Shown: positions 12,692 to 26,263, counted from the stretch's first letter. The stretch is DNA of 64,000 nucleotides from Octopus vulgaris (GCA_951406725.2 OX597837.1:13764001-13828000), one strand, 5' to 3'. Notes: generated from the sequence alone by a model not told the origin. Program-made: numbers and translations.

Positions 12692-13070
12692 TGGAGGCGC
12701 AATGGCCCAGTGGTTAGGGTAGCGGACTCGCGGTCGTAGGATCGCGGTTTCGATTCCCAGACCGGGTGTTGTGAGTGTTTATTGAGCGAAAGCACCTAAA
12801 GCTCCACGAGGCTCTGGCAGGGATGGTGGTGATCCCTGCTGTTCTCTTTCACCACAACTTTCTCTCACTCTTACTTCCTGTTTCTGTTGTACCTGTATTT
12901 CAAAGGGCCGGCCTTGTCACTCTCTGTGTCACGCTGAATATCCCCGAGAACTACGTTAAGGGTACACGTGTCTGTGGAGTGCTCAGCCACTTGCACGTTA
13001 ATTTCACGAGCAGGCTGTTCTGTTGATCGGATCAACCGGAACGCTCGTCGTCGGAACCGACGGAGTGCTT
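12692..13070 (+). mobile_element. tRNA-derived SINE, family C
   Basis: tRNA-like head ggcgcaatggcccagtggttaggg...ttcgattccc and shared tail gtcacgctgaat...gacggagtg. Related copies at about 11438-11748(+), 51283-51612(-), 54100-54425(-), 61468-61792(-) and 1-215. Confidence 0.8.
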
Positions 13071-13339
13071 CCAAAATAAGTAAACTGGAAACTGCCACAA
13101 AACTTGCTTTGGTAAGAAGGGCGATGGTTTTTGGTACATTGTGAGATGAGAACATGAAACTCATCATAAAAGACAGGAGAGTCAATGACCAGCCTATACT
13201 GATTGGATGCTCCACAGCCTCACCTCAAATAGGTAAAAATGCATCACACTGTGGACATCTACTGACCAGATGCATCAATGGCTGCAGAGTTAGTATGGTT
13301 TGGCTTTAAAATAAATGGATACATAGAAATCAGAAACCA

Positions 13340-14060
13340 CAACAACACAACAAAACCCCAACACAGAAACAGGAAATAAAAACAATATGGTACAATCTGC
13401 TATAAAATATGTAAGTGAAAACTGCTATTGAAAAAGCTTTCAACTTATATGTAAACATTTCCCCCTAGTCACAAATACCCCAAACTACTAAATAAAAACA
13501 ACATAAAAATCTACCCAGAACTTCTCACAAATAATAAGAAAATTCCAACCATGTAAAACTGATAACAAAAACCAGATAACAAAAATCAGATAACAATAAT
13601 TCATAAAATTTCAGCTGCAGAAATAGAAATAGATACACTCTCACATGCGTTAGTAAAGAAATAGTTCATAGTTTGTTGCACTACTGTTCATACCAGTCCT
13701 TCATTTGCATCATCCACCTTCCTCTACCTTTCATTCCACTCTACATTTTCGTCAGCCTCTGTCTCTCTCATACCCATACTCTAAAACTTCTTTCTCATAT
13801 ATTAGATCCACTACAAACACCTTTAAAAACAGATTTAACCAACACACACATTCATTTAATAACTAAATAAGGAATCTATTACCTTTGTATTTGAATTTGA
13901 ATAGAAATTAAATGCTTCTAACAACCTAGATACCAAACCAAACCAACACAACACAAAAATTAATCGCCAACTTTGTTCAAATGAGATATATGAAATCTTA
14001 TTCTCTAAACTGAAGCTACTTAAATGCTCTGAAATAATCTCTTCTTGCAGACACTGAACT
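13340..14060 (+). mobile_element. Decayed Penelope-like retroelement ORF, 3' part
   Basis: Frameshifted remnants RNRK-KTIWYN...VKTAIEK..ICKHFP.SHKY.KLLNKNNIKI and ..LCSNEIYEIL...SEIISSCRH resemble the PLE RT-linker and GIY-YIG C-terminal motifs. Confidence 0.6.
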
Positions 14061-15092
14061 TATTAAAAACCCTAAAATACTAAAAGCCCTTACAAATTAC
14101 AAAACCAAAACTGTGTATCTTTAAAATAACAACGGCATTCCTTTATACTACGACAGTCAATATATTCAATATTACACAGAATTAAGAAATTCAGTATTAT
14201 ATCTGTTTTATATATAATAAATCTATTTAGATGTGTTTCTTATATTGCCTTTGTATTTTTACTAATAAGATTCAACTGGTAACATTTTCATTGTATTCTC
14301 TCGCTTATACATTCTGAATCCATTTGATAACAGTTGAGATCATATTCACATACTTTGATAAATGTATGCCTTATAAATGTATGATTATATGGTTTTGCTT
14401 GCATTTGACAAAGATGTTTATATACACGAGTAAGTATTTGTACAGATATAACTCACGAATGAATCCTTACATATGTATGAATAAGTATGTGTGCTATTTG
14501 GTGGCTTAGTGTCAACATATGCTTTTATATGTCTTTCTGTATACGTTTGTAAGTTTTTATATCTGTATATCTACATCACTGCGTCTATATGCATGTAAAA
14601 ATATATCTATGCATTTATATTTATTTACATGCGTGATAGTATTTTTTGTAAATGTACACACACACACACGCAAATATGCATATACACATGTCAGTGTATA
14701 ACATTGATACATAGATATGTGTCCACATGTATATGTATATATATTGTATAGAGATATGTGTGCATAACATGCATGTGTATATATGTGTGTGTGCATACAT
14801 ATAAATGTATGTATATATATGTGTGTGTGTGTCTGTGTGTATGTGCATATATATGTATGTATGTACATACATGTATATATATGAGTGTATATATATATAT
14901 ATATATATATTCATACTTATCTATCTATATAGATATACATGCATGTGTGCACATAAATATGTGTGTGTGTGTATGTATGTTTATATGTACATATACATTT
15001 GTATGGGTAGATTAGAAGTGTTTTCCTTTATGTTTCTTTTCGCTTACACTTATATACATACATACACACATACAGAGACACACATACAGACA

Positions 15093-15141
<49 letters not shown>

Positions 15142-15142
15142 C

Positions 15143-15415
15143 TTAGCTGCTTTCTCATATATGAGCAAAGCCATTGTTAGAAAGAATCACTGAAATGAGT
15201 CATTGGTGACGCAATGTGACGCCCTTGTATGACTCTTGAGCCCGGCAATAGTTTTGCACATTCTATTACACAATGCACACCTGAGTTGGCTGGCAGAAGG
15301 CACAGGTGCTACAGTATGAACTCTTTTGACATGCCTTTTCAATCCTGCAACTGAGAAGTACACCTTTCCACGGGTTATACATGTTCCGTTGTGAACAATA
15401 GCCATATCACAGTTT
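15143..15415 (-). mobile_element. Non-LTR retrotransposon 3' end with C2H2 zinc finger (RTE/RTE-X-like)
   Basis: CALCNRMCKTIAGLKSHTRASH preceded by a partial second finger; no splice signals; ends at a microsatellite. Confidence 0.55.
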
Positions 15416-15453
15416 ACCACATACATATAGATACATACACACACACATATATA

Positions 15454-15519
<66 letters not shown>

Positions 15520-16377
15520 TCTATCTATCTATCATCATTTAACGTCCGTTTTCCGTGCTAGCACGGGTTATGTATATGCATATATAAATTTACAAACATA
15601 CATTTGGAATCATAAATATATATACATATTTATGCCCAACCATACACTGTATGTTTGTAAATATGTATGTATGTTTGTGTGGTAAAAAGCTTGCTTCCCA
15701 AGGTGGCGAGCTGGCAGAAACGTTAGCACGCCGGACGAAATGCTTGGCGGTATTTCGTCTGCCGCTACGTTCTGCGTTCAAATTCCGCCGAGACCGACTT
15801 AGCCTTTTGGGGTCGATTAAATAAGTACCAGTTATGCACTGGGGTCGATGTAATCGACTTAATCCCTTTATCTGTCCTTGTTTGTCTCCTCCTCTATGTT
15901 TAGCCCCTTGTGGGTAGTAAAGAAATAAGAAGCTTGCTTCCCAACCATATGTACGTGTGTATGCATGTGTGTTGGGTTTTGTGGGCCTGAATAGCTTTGT
16001 TTTTATTTGATTGCCTAATAATAAATTGTTTGTATGTTTTGTTATTTACATTTCAGAAAAAAACAGAAATTCTAAAAAGAATAACCAAAGAATTTTATAT
16101 CAGCCAATGAGAATGAGAATAAAGGATTGAAGCATTGTTGTCCCAAGGATGCTGGACTCAAAGAGGAGATCACGGAGCATACAATATGTGTGGCATGAGA
16201 ATTGGCCTTCATGGGATGGTCAAACATCAGTGTGTAGGGAGGTCCCTTGAAGACAAACAACGGTCAGGTTAGACAGTGAAAGCAGTCTTTGAAGAAAATG
16301 TTCATGCTCTTCAGTGCCTTCACCACCACCAACACCACCACCAACACTACCATGGAAAATGCACGTTGATGATGATG

Positions 16378-16444
<67 letters not shown>

Positions 16445-16959
16445 TGTATGTACACATGCACACTTCTTTTATTGACCTCGGAAGGATGAAAGACAAAGTC
16501 AGCCTTGATGGAATTTGAATTCAGAATGTAAAGTTGGACGATATGTTGCTAAGCATTTTGTCTGGCTAACAATTCAGTGTTTATATGAATAGACTCACAG
16601 TATCAATAATCTCTTTTAGAGTCTTTCTACCGAATCTACTCACAGGGCTTTGGTCAGACTGGAGCTATAGGAAAAAGAAGACACTCGGCCAAGATGCAAA
16701 TTCAGTGGTCCTGAATGTGAGACCATTTGATTGGGAATCGTACTTCACCTTACAAAGGACAATAGATACGAAACGGTGCACGTTCTGGTCATTTGGTTTG
16801 GTGCTGTTTTGATCGAATCATTTATGCACATTTGAATATGTGAAAGGTGTCTGCCTTTCAAGGGCTAAGAATGCAGGTTCCAACAATGAAAAGGTGTAGG
16901 GAACTATGTTTTGGTGAAAAACCTAAGATTCATGTAGGAGAAGTGGGAACTGTTCAATT

Positions 16960-17525
16960 AGCAATAAACAGGCAAAGATAGGACATAGATCCACAACCAC
17001 TTCCACGAACCTGAAATCAAAAGAAAATAGATTCACTGCTAACCAAGATTTTCAACTTAGTGTAAACAAAATCACGTGCGCAGTGTCCTATGATTCTGCG
17101 AGTGCTAATTGACAACCTGGCACTGAAGACAACAATCACAGGTGTCTATTAAGCTGATTTGCTACACTGATTACAAACCTGTATCAAAACACAATGCTGT
17201 GGAATGTTGACTGCCATTTATTTACTTCTTCCCTTTCAATGTACCTGCTAACACAGCTCACGTTTCAAAAGAGCTGAGTGTAAGTTTTATCCAGCTTATT
17301 TCCCCAGAAATTTGCTCCCTGTAGTTTTCAACTGTTTCCAAATTTGAAACACAATTTCAAGGGCAGAAAATTCTCTTCCTGTGATGAAGGGTTCTAGTTG
17401 CTTACAGAATAGCATGGTTGATCGAGCAGGATAAACAGTTCTAATGAAATGTCATTGAGGAGCTGTGCAAGAGATATGAAGAACTCACAGATGTTAATTG
17501 TGACTTTGGTTGAAGAAAATAAAAG
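16960..17525 (+). mobile_element. Decayed mariner transposase, catalytic and C-terminal region
   Basis: Frameshifted matches to KTTITGVY-ADLL and the YSPDLAP region (YPAYFP..), followed by QLFPNLKHNFKGRKFSS...EQDKQF. Confidence 0.65.
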
Positions 17526-17532
17526 TATTTGC

Positions 17533-17800
17533 TAGTTAGTTAGTTAGTTAGTTAATTTTTTGGCTCAAAAAGCAAAAAGCAAGGCCATGTAGGGGGACAT
17601 GGAGTTATGTACAGGGTAGTGTTCATGTAAAGAGTTCAGGCCACTTGTGGTCAAGGGTGACTTTGAACCGAGCGGTCGTCAGCATCTTCACCATCTCGTC
17701 CGGCAGCTTATTCCACGGATCTGCAACCCGGATGGAGAAAGCCCCTCTCCTTCAATTGAGATGAAATCGTCGCAGATAGTGACCCCACAGCTGACGCTCT
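17533..17800 (-). mobile_element. CR1-like LINE 3' end with (TAAC)n tail
   Basis: RRGAFSIRVADPWNKLPDEMV...FKVTLDHKW, the canonical CR1 ORF2 end. Confidence 0.75.
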
Positions 17801-18018
17801 GTTGTTAAAAAGACAACAAAAATATAAAGTGTTCTTCTCTTGTAATTATAGCATTATGTAGGGATTCTTAAACTTTCTGTGTTATTTCGTCTGTCTTTAT
17901 GTTCTGAGTTCAACTTTCATCCTTTAAAGGGTTGATAAATTAAGTACCAGTTGTGTACTGGGGTCAATCTAAATGACTGCTGCCCCACCCCAATTTTGGG
18001 CTTTATGCCTAGAGTAGA

Positions 18019-18049
<31 letters not shown>

Positions 18050-18138
18050 AGAGAGAGAGTACATGTATGTCCATATTTATTCAACTCAACTATGTAAGAC
18101 AAGTGTAATTGTGTTGTGTACACACACACATATATGTA

Positions 18139-18230
<92 letters not shown>

Positions 18231-18624
18231 TCAATACATATGTGTATATATATATTCTACATTCACAACTGTGACTCATGAGTCAGCCTCATGATGGTGA
18301 AGACTGTAATCTTTTCAATCCAATAATATCACATATAATAGTTACATGTCTCTGATGATTTGACAGTAAATGCTGATTATGTAATTTGCCTTCTGGCATC
18401 AATAATCAACTACGTTAATGAAACACTTTTAAGATGCTGCAACTAAACATCTTCTAAGCAATTTCATGTTTTGTTTTATCCTTTGTATGTACCGTGTAAC
18501 ACTCAAATCCGGATTTAGTAACAAAGGATAGAATTACAATACCCGAATGTATATGCACGGAAAGTTTTAAATACTGGTTAATTTATTCAGCAGTTTAAAG
18601 TCTAAATTACACTATGTATATAAT

Positions 18625-18693
<69 letters not shown>

Positions 18694-19863
18694 CACACGC
18701 ACATATATGTACATGGTATTTGTTAAATATACGCATACAGATGGTAGAGTTACACGTCTGTAAACTTCAATTTATTGCGATTGTCTTTGCATTTAATAGA
18801 TAAAAACTCCCTCGAGGGTGTTAAAATCTAAGACGAGCAAGGGAAATAACTCTAAGAATACCCGAGGTATTTCCCTCACCCACGGTTTTCTCTTTCCCAC
18901 ATCACTCACCACAACCCCACACGTCTCGATCCAGTGAGCTATCTCATATGTGGTCGTTCCATCAGCTATAAATAACAGTCGAATCTCCCTCAAAATCACA
19001 CCACGTTCCTTAAAAGAGAAAAAAAAAACAAAAACAGATTGTGTACAGTGGGAATGTGGGTACCCTGCATATACGAAAAAGAAGTGGTGGTCACTGCTGG
19101 AATGCTTTTGATCATGAGTCTTGCCCGATCAGAACCGATCTGGAGCTAAACAATATCGTCTCATAGAAGCATACATACATCACACACACAACACGTTTAG
19201 TCTCCGCACGCACAACCATATACACCACTGAACAATGGAGTGAAATTCCGGATGTGATGGTCACGACCAGAACGCTTTCGATTATAGATCTGTCCGACCA
19301 ACGATGCCTTGGAGCTAAATCACAATGACATCTGTATCACACAATTCAGTCATCTAAAGCAGCCGTACTCAATGACACATTGTCGCGTGCACAATTCAGG
19401 CTTCACCGACATGCATATAACATCCAAACTTATACACTCTATGCAGATATATACACGCTATCCATGCACGTCTATACACAATATATAGACTCATACAAAA
19501 ACTCTTTCATGCTCATTAAAACAGTAGATTTTTTATATATATATATATATAGACTGTTATTGATCAAACGCACGCGCACGCACACACTGGTTGCTTTGCT
19601 CCCCTCTAAAGGACATACATTAACATAAATACACGCGTACAATTTATTTTTGTTATCTCCAGCGTTGTCGATCATCCTCAAAGAATGACCTCCCCCACCA
19701 CAGATGCACGATACAGGCAGAAAATCCATATCAACGATAGCTGTGTGTGTTTGTATTGGATATCGGTAGAACCAGATACAAATTGAATGGGTGAACGTGT
19801 GTGCGCACGCCCACGCGCATCTGTTTTTTAATTGCATTTTAATGCAGTCGCATCCTTACACGA

Positions 19864-19950
<87 letters not shown>

Positions 19951-20008
19951 GTATAGAGGGAGAGATAGAGATAGATATAGATAGATAGATGGATAGATGG
20001 ATGGATGG

Positions 20009-20084
<76 letters not shown>

Positions 20085-20374
20085 CCGTGTATGCATACAT
20101 ATATATGTGTGTGCAGAGAGAAATGTCTGTGAGGATAAAGTGTGTGTTTATTATAAATGCGTATACGTATAAGATTGTATACAAGAATAACCGGAAGACC
20201 AGTTTTCGATATTCCGAGTTAATTTATGACAAGGTTAGCGTAGTAAACCAAGGTGAATAATACAAACGAAAATGGTTCGGTAAGGTGAGAGAAACGGAAG
20301 AGCATCCTAGAATTGACATCGAACACGATTGGCGAGTTTTGAAGGAGGGGAAAAAGAAAACGGGAGCAACTTAC

Positions 20375-20774
20375 CATCGCCTAAACACACTCGGAAGCTG
20401 GTCCCTCTGAACACGAAGTAGAGAATCAAACGTTTCCTAGAGGAAAGACCCAATCCGAGGGCACTTAGTTCTTTCCAGCATTGCGTTAGGGTATCCCACG
20501 AAGGTGGGAACAGTACCAGAGTCCCCTTTAACGGGGGTCGCCGCGGGTGCCAAAAGTGGTTGTTGTGATGGAGGCAATGATTGTGGTAGCAATCAGTGTT
20601 TATGTTGATATTTTCAAAGTAATGCATTCGTTCATCTGTAAACGAGCCGCAAGCTCTGTAGCGGTGACGAGTATGATGTTGATGGTATTGTTGTTGTTGC
20701 TTCGGGCTCTGATGGTACCGCTGGTGCTGGTGCTGTGTTGAAGTGTCACCTTCCGCCCAGCTATACCAAGCCAT
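20375..20774 (-). CDS. Probable first coding exon of an unidentified gene (MAWYSWAEG...His/Gln-rich...LILYFVFRGTSFRVCLGD)
   Basis: ATG after an in-frame upstream TGA; 133 codons + 1 nt of unique, GC-richer sequence; consensus donor G|GTAAGT at 20374 (phase 1). A possible acceptor tacag at 21507-21506 would make a 1.13-kb exon with a long leader. Confidence 0.55.
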
Positions 20775-23571
20775 GCCCCTCTCGTCGAGCTGGGACAATC
20801 GACTGGAAGCACTTCACGCGCGTACGGCAGCAGCACTCTGCTCATATACGGGTGGTTCAGTCGGATGGCTGGCTGTCTTGCTCGGCTTCTTCGATGGCTG
20901 GTTAGGATGCAGCAGCCGAGTAGACACTCTTTCTCCCACTCGAAGCTCTCTTTCTCCCTCTCAGCGCCTGTTGTAGGTAACTCTAGTTGTATTCCAGTTG
21001 TATTCTCAGCAGCTGATGAGAAGAAGCGTGCTCGGAGTGGTGGTGGTGGTAGCTGGTAACATCAAAGGCAGCGGTAACTAGTCGTGCCATGGCGCTAACA
21101 CTGATGATGAAGATGATGGTGTGGTTGGCCGTGGTGTTGCTGAAGCTGGTAGCAGTAACTATAGTGGTGATGGAGGCGGCTGCGGTGGTGGCTGTGATGA
21201 TGGTGGTCGCAACACAACCAGTGAAAACGTTGAAGTTACTACAGATGGTGGTGGTGGTATCGGCAGTACTACTGAAACCATCAGGAGCTGTAGTACTTTT
21301 AGAGTTTACTACTCGCTACTGAATTCGAATGTCAATGGGGCTGGATACAGACTCTTGAAGAAGTAACGATAATAGCAACAAAAGATATAATAATAGAGAT
21401 GGCATTGGTAAAAGCGAGGCTGTTAGTAATAATATGTGCCTGGCAGCACCCACAGTTCGTTCATAGCAACAACAGCAATATTTATATATATAACTGAGGA
21501 TCTATCTGTAGTCTAAGGAGTGGTGGAGATGGCGGTGGTGATGAAGGAGTCTGAAGCGTCAAGTATTCACTTCCATCCTTCGCGGCATACCAACTTATCT
21601 GGATGGAGCGATCTGCTAGAAATAACTGACCAAATCGCCCTCAAATCACACAAACACAAACTACTCGGGGATGTTACATAATGTAGTAGTAGAATGTCCC
21701 CTAAAAAGGACGAGATGGTCATGGCTTGAAACGATGTCTATGGCCACAGATCTTGCTCGGTCGATCGATCAGGGTGAGCCAGTGACTATAAACATCGAAG
21801 TCCAGTTGTTTTGTTTTCCTTTCATCTACCTAAATATGCCGTTCCCACCATGCCTTCGTCCACACAACCAGTTCCTTTCCCTGTCTTGGACATCGATCAC
21901 TCTTCCTGCCACTCAGAGCCAACTTGTTGCCCCTCCTACTCTGCCACACCTTAGTAAACTCACTGCATTCTTATTCTCATTAGTAAGTTGCCAAGTTTAG
22001 TAAAGACAGACAGACAGACAACCAGGTTGTTATATTGTTGTTTAACAACAGGTCAGCCAGGATCGAATATACTACACCATGTTGAAAGCCATTCCGATTT
22101 TGTTTCAGACACACTGTCTCTGGGTTTACATCATTCATTGTGTCTTTCTCTCCCTCCCACAAATACACCTTTATGAAAGACAATCAGGTATGACCTAAGG
22201 GAAATTTGACTGCTATTTCTAGCAGATTAAGCGACCGTTTAGATTCTTTTTTGTTACGCCGAACACAATGTGAAAGCTACGTAAGTATTGTAGTAAGTAA
22301 GGCTATTTATTCACCAGGTCATCTACACCCCTCACCAGTAGTAATAGTAGTGGTGGTGGTGGTGGTGGTGGTTGTGGTTGTGGTGGTGTGGTGGTAGTGT
22401 CGGTTAAAAATCTCTCTGACTCAGTAAGCAAGGGAGCAGCCAGATACTTGATGCTCGATGCCAGAATAGTAGATTTTCCAAATAAGGGAAGCTAGGAGTA
22501 AAAAGAAGAAGAAAATTATAATAAACAATATAATGTATGGCATGGCTGTGTGGTTAAGAAGGTTGTTTCGGAACCATATGGTTTCAGTTTCAATCCCATT
22601 GCACAGCACCAAGAGCAAATGTCTTTTGTTATAGCCCTGGACAGCTCAATGCTTTGTGAGTGAATTTGGTAACCTGATTGTGCGAAAACCTGTCATACAT
22701 AGACATACACACAAATCCTCATCATCATCATCATCATCGTTTAACGTCTGCTTTCCATGCTAGCATGGGTTGGACGATTTGACTGAGGGCTGGCGAACCA
22801 GATGGCTGCACCAGGTTGCAATCTTGATCTGGCAGAGTTTCTACAGCTGGATGCCCTTCCTAACGCCAACCACTCCGAGAGTGTAGTGGGTGCCTTTTAC
22901 ATGCCACCGGCACGGAAGCCAATTAGCCTATCTGGCAACGATCATACTCGGATGGTGCTCTTAGCACCCTACTAGCACGGGGCTCAAGTGCCAGTAAGGC
23001 GAAGCTGGTAATGATTATTGACCCCCCTGAAAGGATGAAAGGCAAAGTCAACCTCGGTGGAATTATAAATAATGATAATGCGGCGGTATGGTTGTGTGGT
23101 TAAGAAGTTCAATTCCCATCTGCAGGTTTTGGGGTTCAGTCCCACTGTGCAGCACCTTGAGCAAGTGTCTTTCATAATATTAAAGCCCCGAGATAACAAG
23201 TACCTTGTGGACTTGGTAGATGGAAACTGTGTGGAAACCCAGTGTATATGACTGTGTATGTGTGTGTGTGTACCTTTGTGTTTATACCCCCTTTCCCTTA
23301 ACAACTGTTGGTTTATTTACATCACTATAATTTAGCAGTTTCAATAAAACAAATAGACAGAATAAGGACCAGACTTTAAAAAAAAGCAAAAACAAAACAC
23401 CATTCAAGGCATTGCTCCAGCATGGCTGCTGTGCTGTCCAATGACTGAAACCTTTAAGGTGTAAAAGGTACTAAAAATGATTATCAAAATAAATTAATTC
23501 CTGGGAATTGAACCAATATCCTAACCCTTCATCTGTTTATTATTATGATGATGACGATGATGATGATGATA

Positions 23572-24506
23572 GGGGAGAAGAAAACAACATAGCATGGTAT
23601 GTGAAAAATGCCACTGAACCACTATTATTGGAAGTAAGAAGGTCAGGCTTTTGTAGGATGGAAGATTGCGAAGATAAAGCACCGTACAAGAAATTGAAAA
23701 CGAATGAAACTGAAAATAGGTGGGTAAAGAAAAGAATGCATGGACAATTTCATGGGGATGTTGAAGATAAGACATACAGACAAAAAAGATGGCTGTGGAT
23801 GACTAAAAGGGATTTAAAACCGGAAACGGAAGATCTAATGTGCTGCCCAAGAGCAAGCACTAAGAACAAGCTACATAAAATACAGAATTGAGAACACGGC
23901 AGAAAGTGATAAGTGCAGAATCTGTGGACAAAACGGCAAAACCATATGGCATATTACCAGCTAATGTATGCCTCTAGCCCAGAAGGAATATTAGAAATGC
24001 CATGACAATATAGCCAGGCTTGTCCATTGGACACTCCGCAACAAGTATGGACTTGACTGAGCAAAAAAGTGGTACGACCACAAACCTGAAGGCATTGTCG
24101 AAAATGATAATGCAAAGATCTTGTGAGATTTTACGATTCTGTGCGACCATGAGATAGAGAATAGGTAGCCAGACATAATCCTAATTGAGAAAGAAAACAA
24201 ATTATGCTGGATCATAGATATAGCATACCCAGCTGACAACAAGGTAAGCGATAAGGAAGAAAGAAAAGTTGATAGATACGACAGGTTAGCTTAGGAGGTT
24301 AAGCAGTTGTGGTCGATGCAAAAGGTGGTAGTAGTACCAATAATTGTTGGAGCCCAGGGAACAGTGAGTAAAAATCTTGAGAAGTACATGGAAGAAGTAG
24401 GAGCTACAATAAGGGTGGGGCACTTGCAGAAAACAGCACTGCTTGGAACCACTCGAATACTCCAGATGGTGTAGTACATCTCCAGTGTTCGAAGGGGTGC
24501 AAAGAC

Positions 24507-24562
<56 letters not shown>
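23572..24562 (+). mobile_element. 5'-truncated Dong/R4-clade non-LTR retrotransposon (restriction-like endonuclease) with (TAA)n tail; pseudogenised
   Basis: MHGQF...LKPETE...QEQALRT...CRIC..TIWHITS.C (CCHC)...HDNIA..VHW...WYDHKP...PDIILIEK...IIDIAYP...LQKTALLGTTRIL, with several stops and frameshifts; (AAT)n at 24507-24562. Confidence 0.88.
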
Positions 24563-24563
<1 letters not shown>

Positions 24564-24572
24564 GTGACAAAC

Positions 24573-24686
24573 CTTCTGAAGTTCTTATCAGAAACTTGAG
24601 TTCTTCAAAAGCCATTGTATAGTTTTTCATAACTTAGTTTGGAAAAGATCTGCTCCTCTTTGGTTAGGGGTGTGTCAGGCCTTCAT
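24573..24686 (-). other. Possible internal leader exon
   Basis: Acceptor tttttgtttttcag, donor AAG|GTTTGT; 114 nt of unique sequence between two repeats; stops in all three frames. Confidence 0.4.
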
Positions 24687-26062
24687 CTGAAAAACAAAAA
24701 ACAAAAATATTTACAATAAAAACTGAGTGAATAAGCTAACTCCCAACAAATTTTGAGCTAGGCATGGCTGTGTGGTAAGAAGCTTGCTTCCCAACCACAT
24801 GGTTCTGGGTTCAGTCCCACTGCTTGGCACCTTGGGTAAGTGTCTTCTACTGTAGTCTTAGTCTGACTAAAGCCTTGTGAGTGGATTTAGTAGATGGAAA
24901 CTGAAAGAAGCACATCGTGTATGTATATGTGTGTGTGTGTGTGTGTGTTTTTGTGACTGTGTTTGTCCCCCTGTCACTGTTTGATAACTGGTATTGGTGT
25001 GTTTATGTCCCTGTAACTTTGGTAAAAGAGACCAATAGAATAAGTACTAGGTTTACAAAATGAGTTCTGGGGGTCGATTCATTGAAACCCTTCAATGCAG
25101 TGCTCCAGCATGGCCACAGTCAAATGAATGAAACAAGTAAAAGAATAAAAAAAAGGATGTTATTGTTCTTGTTTAGTTCTATATCAAATCTGATTGATCA
25201 AATTGATGATCAAAATATTCCACCCATGGCCTTACCATTTTATTTTCAGACAATGTATCCTGCATTATTATCCAAATTGTGTCTTTGATTCTTAAAGATG
25301 ATGGTTGCTATTCCTGACAGGTTCTGTGAGCATTTAAAGGGCTCCTCTTTGAAATATCAAGCTTTTTTATGGTTTTCAGGAGCAGAATACTATAACCAGG
25401 AATGTCTCAATTCCAATATTTATCGGGGAAAAGTAATTAATTATCTGGGGATATTATTTAAGGTACAAAAACCTATTTTATGCACTGAAACTGGAGATTA
25501 ATGCTGAAGCTCAAAGACATTGCAAGATTTAGAAGACATTTATTGAACTAGATTATGCTAATACAATGTTAAGCTAGATTAAGCTGTACTACAAACATCT
25601 ATTAATCCAATTATAATTATTGGCAGTGTGTCTCCATCTCTCTCTCTGTTTGTGCCCCAAAGGGAGATAACTCTAGTCATTTTAGATCTTTCTCCCTTGG
25701 TCACCGTATACGAACTTGAATGGGTATAACTACAGATGTGTGCTCCTCACTCCTGGCATTGATTTAGCCTTTAATTTTTAATCGTTTTTGTCATTCGAAT
25801 GCAGTGAAGCCAGAACACCACCTTGGAGGGTTTTAGTTGAATGAAGCAACCCCAGCACTTAGCCTATGCTGGTTATCAACAGGTGGTGGTGGGAGCATAC
25901 ACAAACACAAACACACAAACACATGCATGCATACATATATGACTGGCTTGTTTCAGTTTCCATCAACCAATTCTACCAGCTCGCTGCCTTAGAAATATAT
26001 GAATATTGCAGTTGGAGTGGGGTGCCTTAAGTTTTTCTAAGTAAATGTATGTTGGTGTAGAG

Positions 26063-26263
26063 CAGTGCTTTTCAACCTTTTTGCTGGAGTGGAACCCCAA
26101 GGAAACATTTCACTGGCTCGAGGAACCCCTGTGCAATAATTTAATAGTCTTATTCACATATATCTGCACAGGAAAATTAAAAATCACTGCTGATTTTAGC
26201 AGTTTTGTAACTTCTTGCGGAACCCCTGGACTGTACTGGCGGAACCCTGGTTGAAAACCACTG
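26063..26263. mobile_element. hAT (Charlie-type) MITE
   Basis: TIRs CAGTGCTTTTCAACC / GGTTGAAAACCACTG; perfect 8-bp TSD GTGTAGAG at 26055-26062 and 26264-26271. Confidence 0.92.

Noticed and set aside
12692-12770. tRNA-like sequence as a tRNA gene
   Set aside because: It lacks a clean acceptor stem and terminator and continues into a multi-copy SINE body.
15187-15444. C2H2 zinc-finger host gene
   Set aside because: An isolated finger with no exon structure, flanked by microsatellites; it fits a retrotransposon ORF2 end better.
20375-20460. Faint resemblance of RKRLILY...RVCLGD to PDE7 N-terminal segments
   Set aside because: Too few identities to name the gene without downstream exons or a database search.
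24608-24686. TGA just after a splice junction as an antizyme frameshift or selenocysteine codon
   Set aside because: There is no UCC-UGA shift site or antizyme similarity, the frame after the TGA lasts only 25 codons, and I recognised no SECIS.
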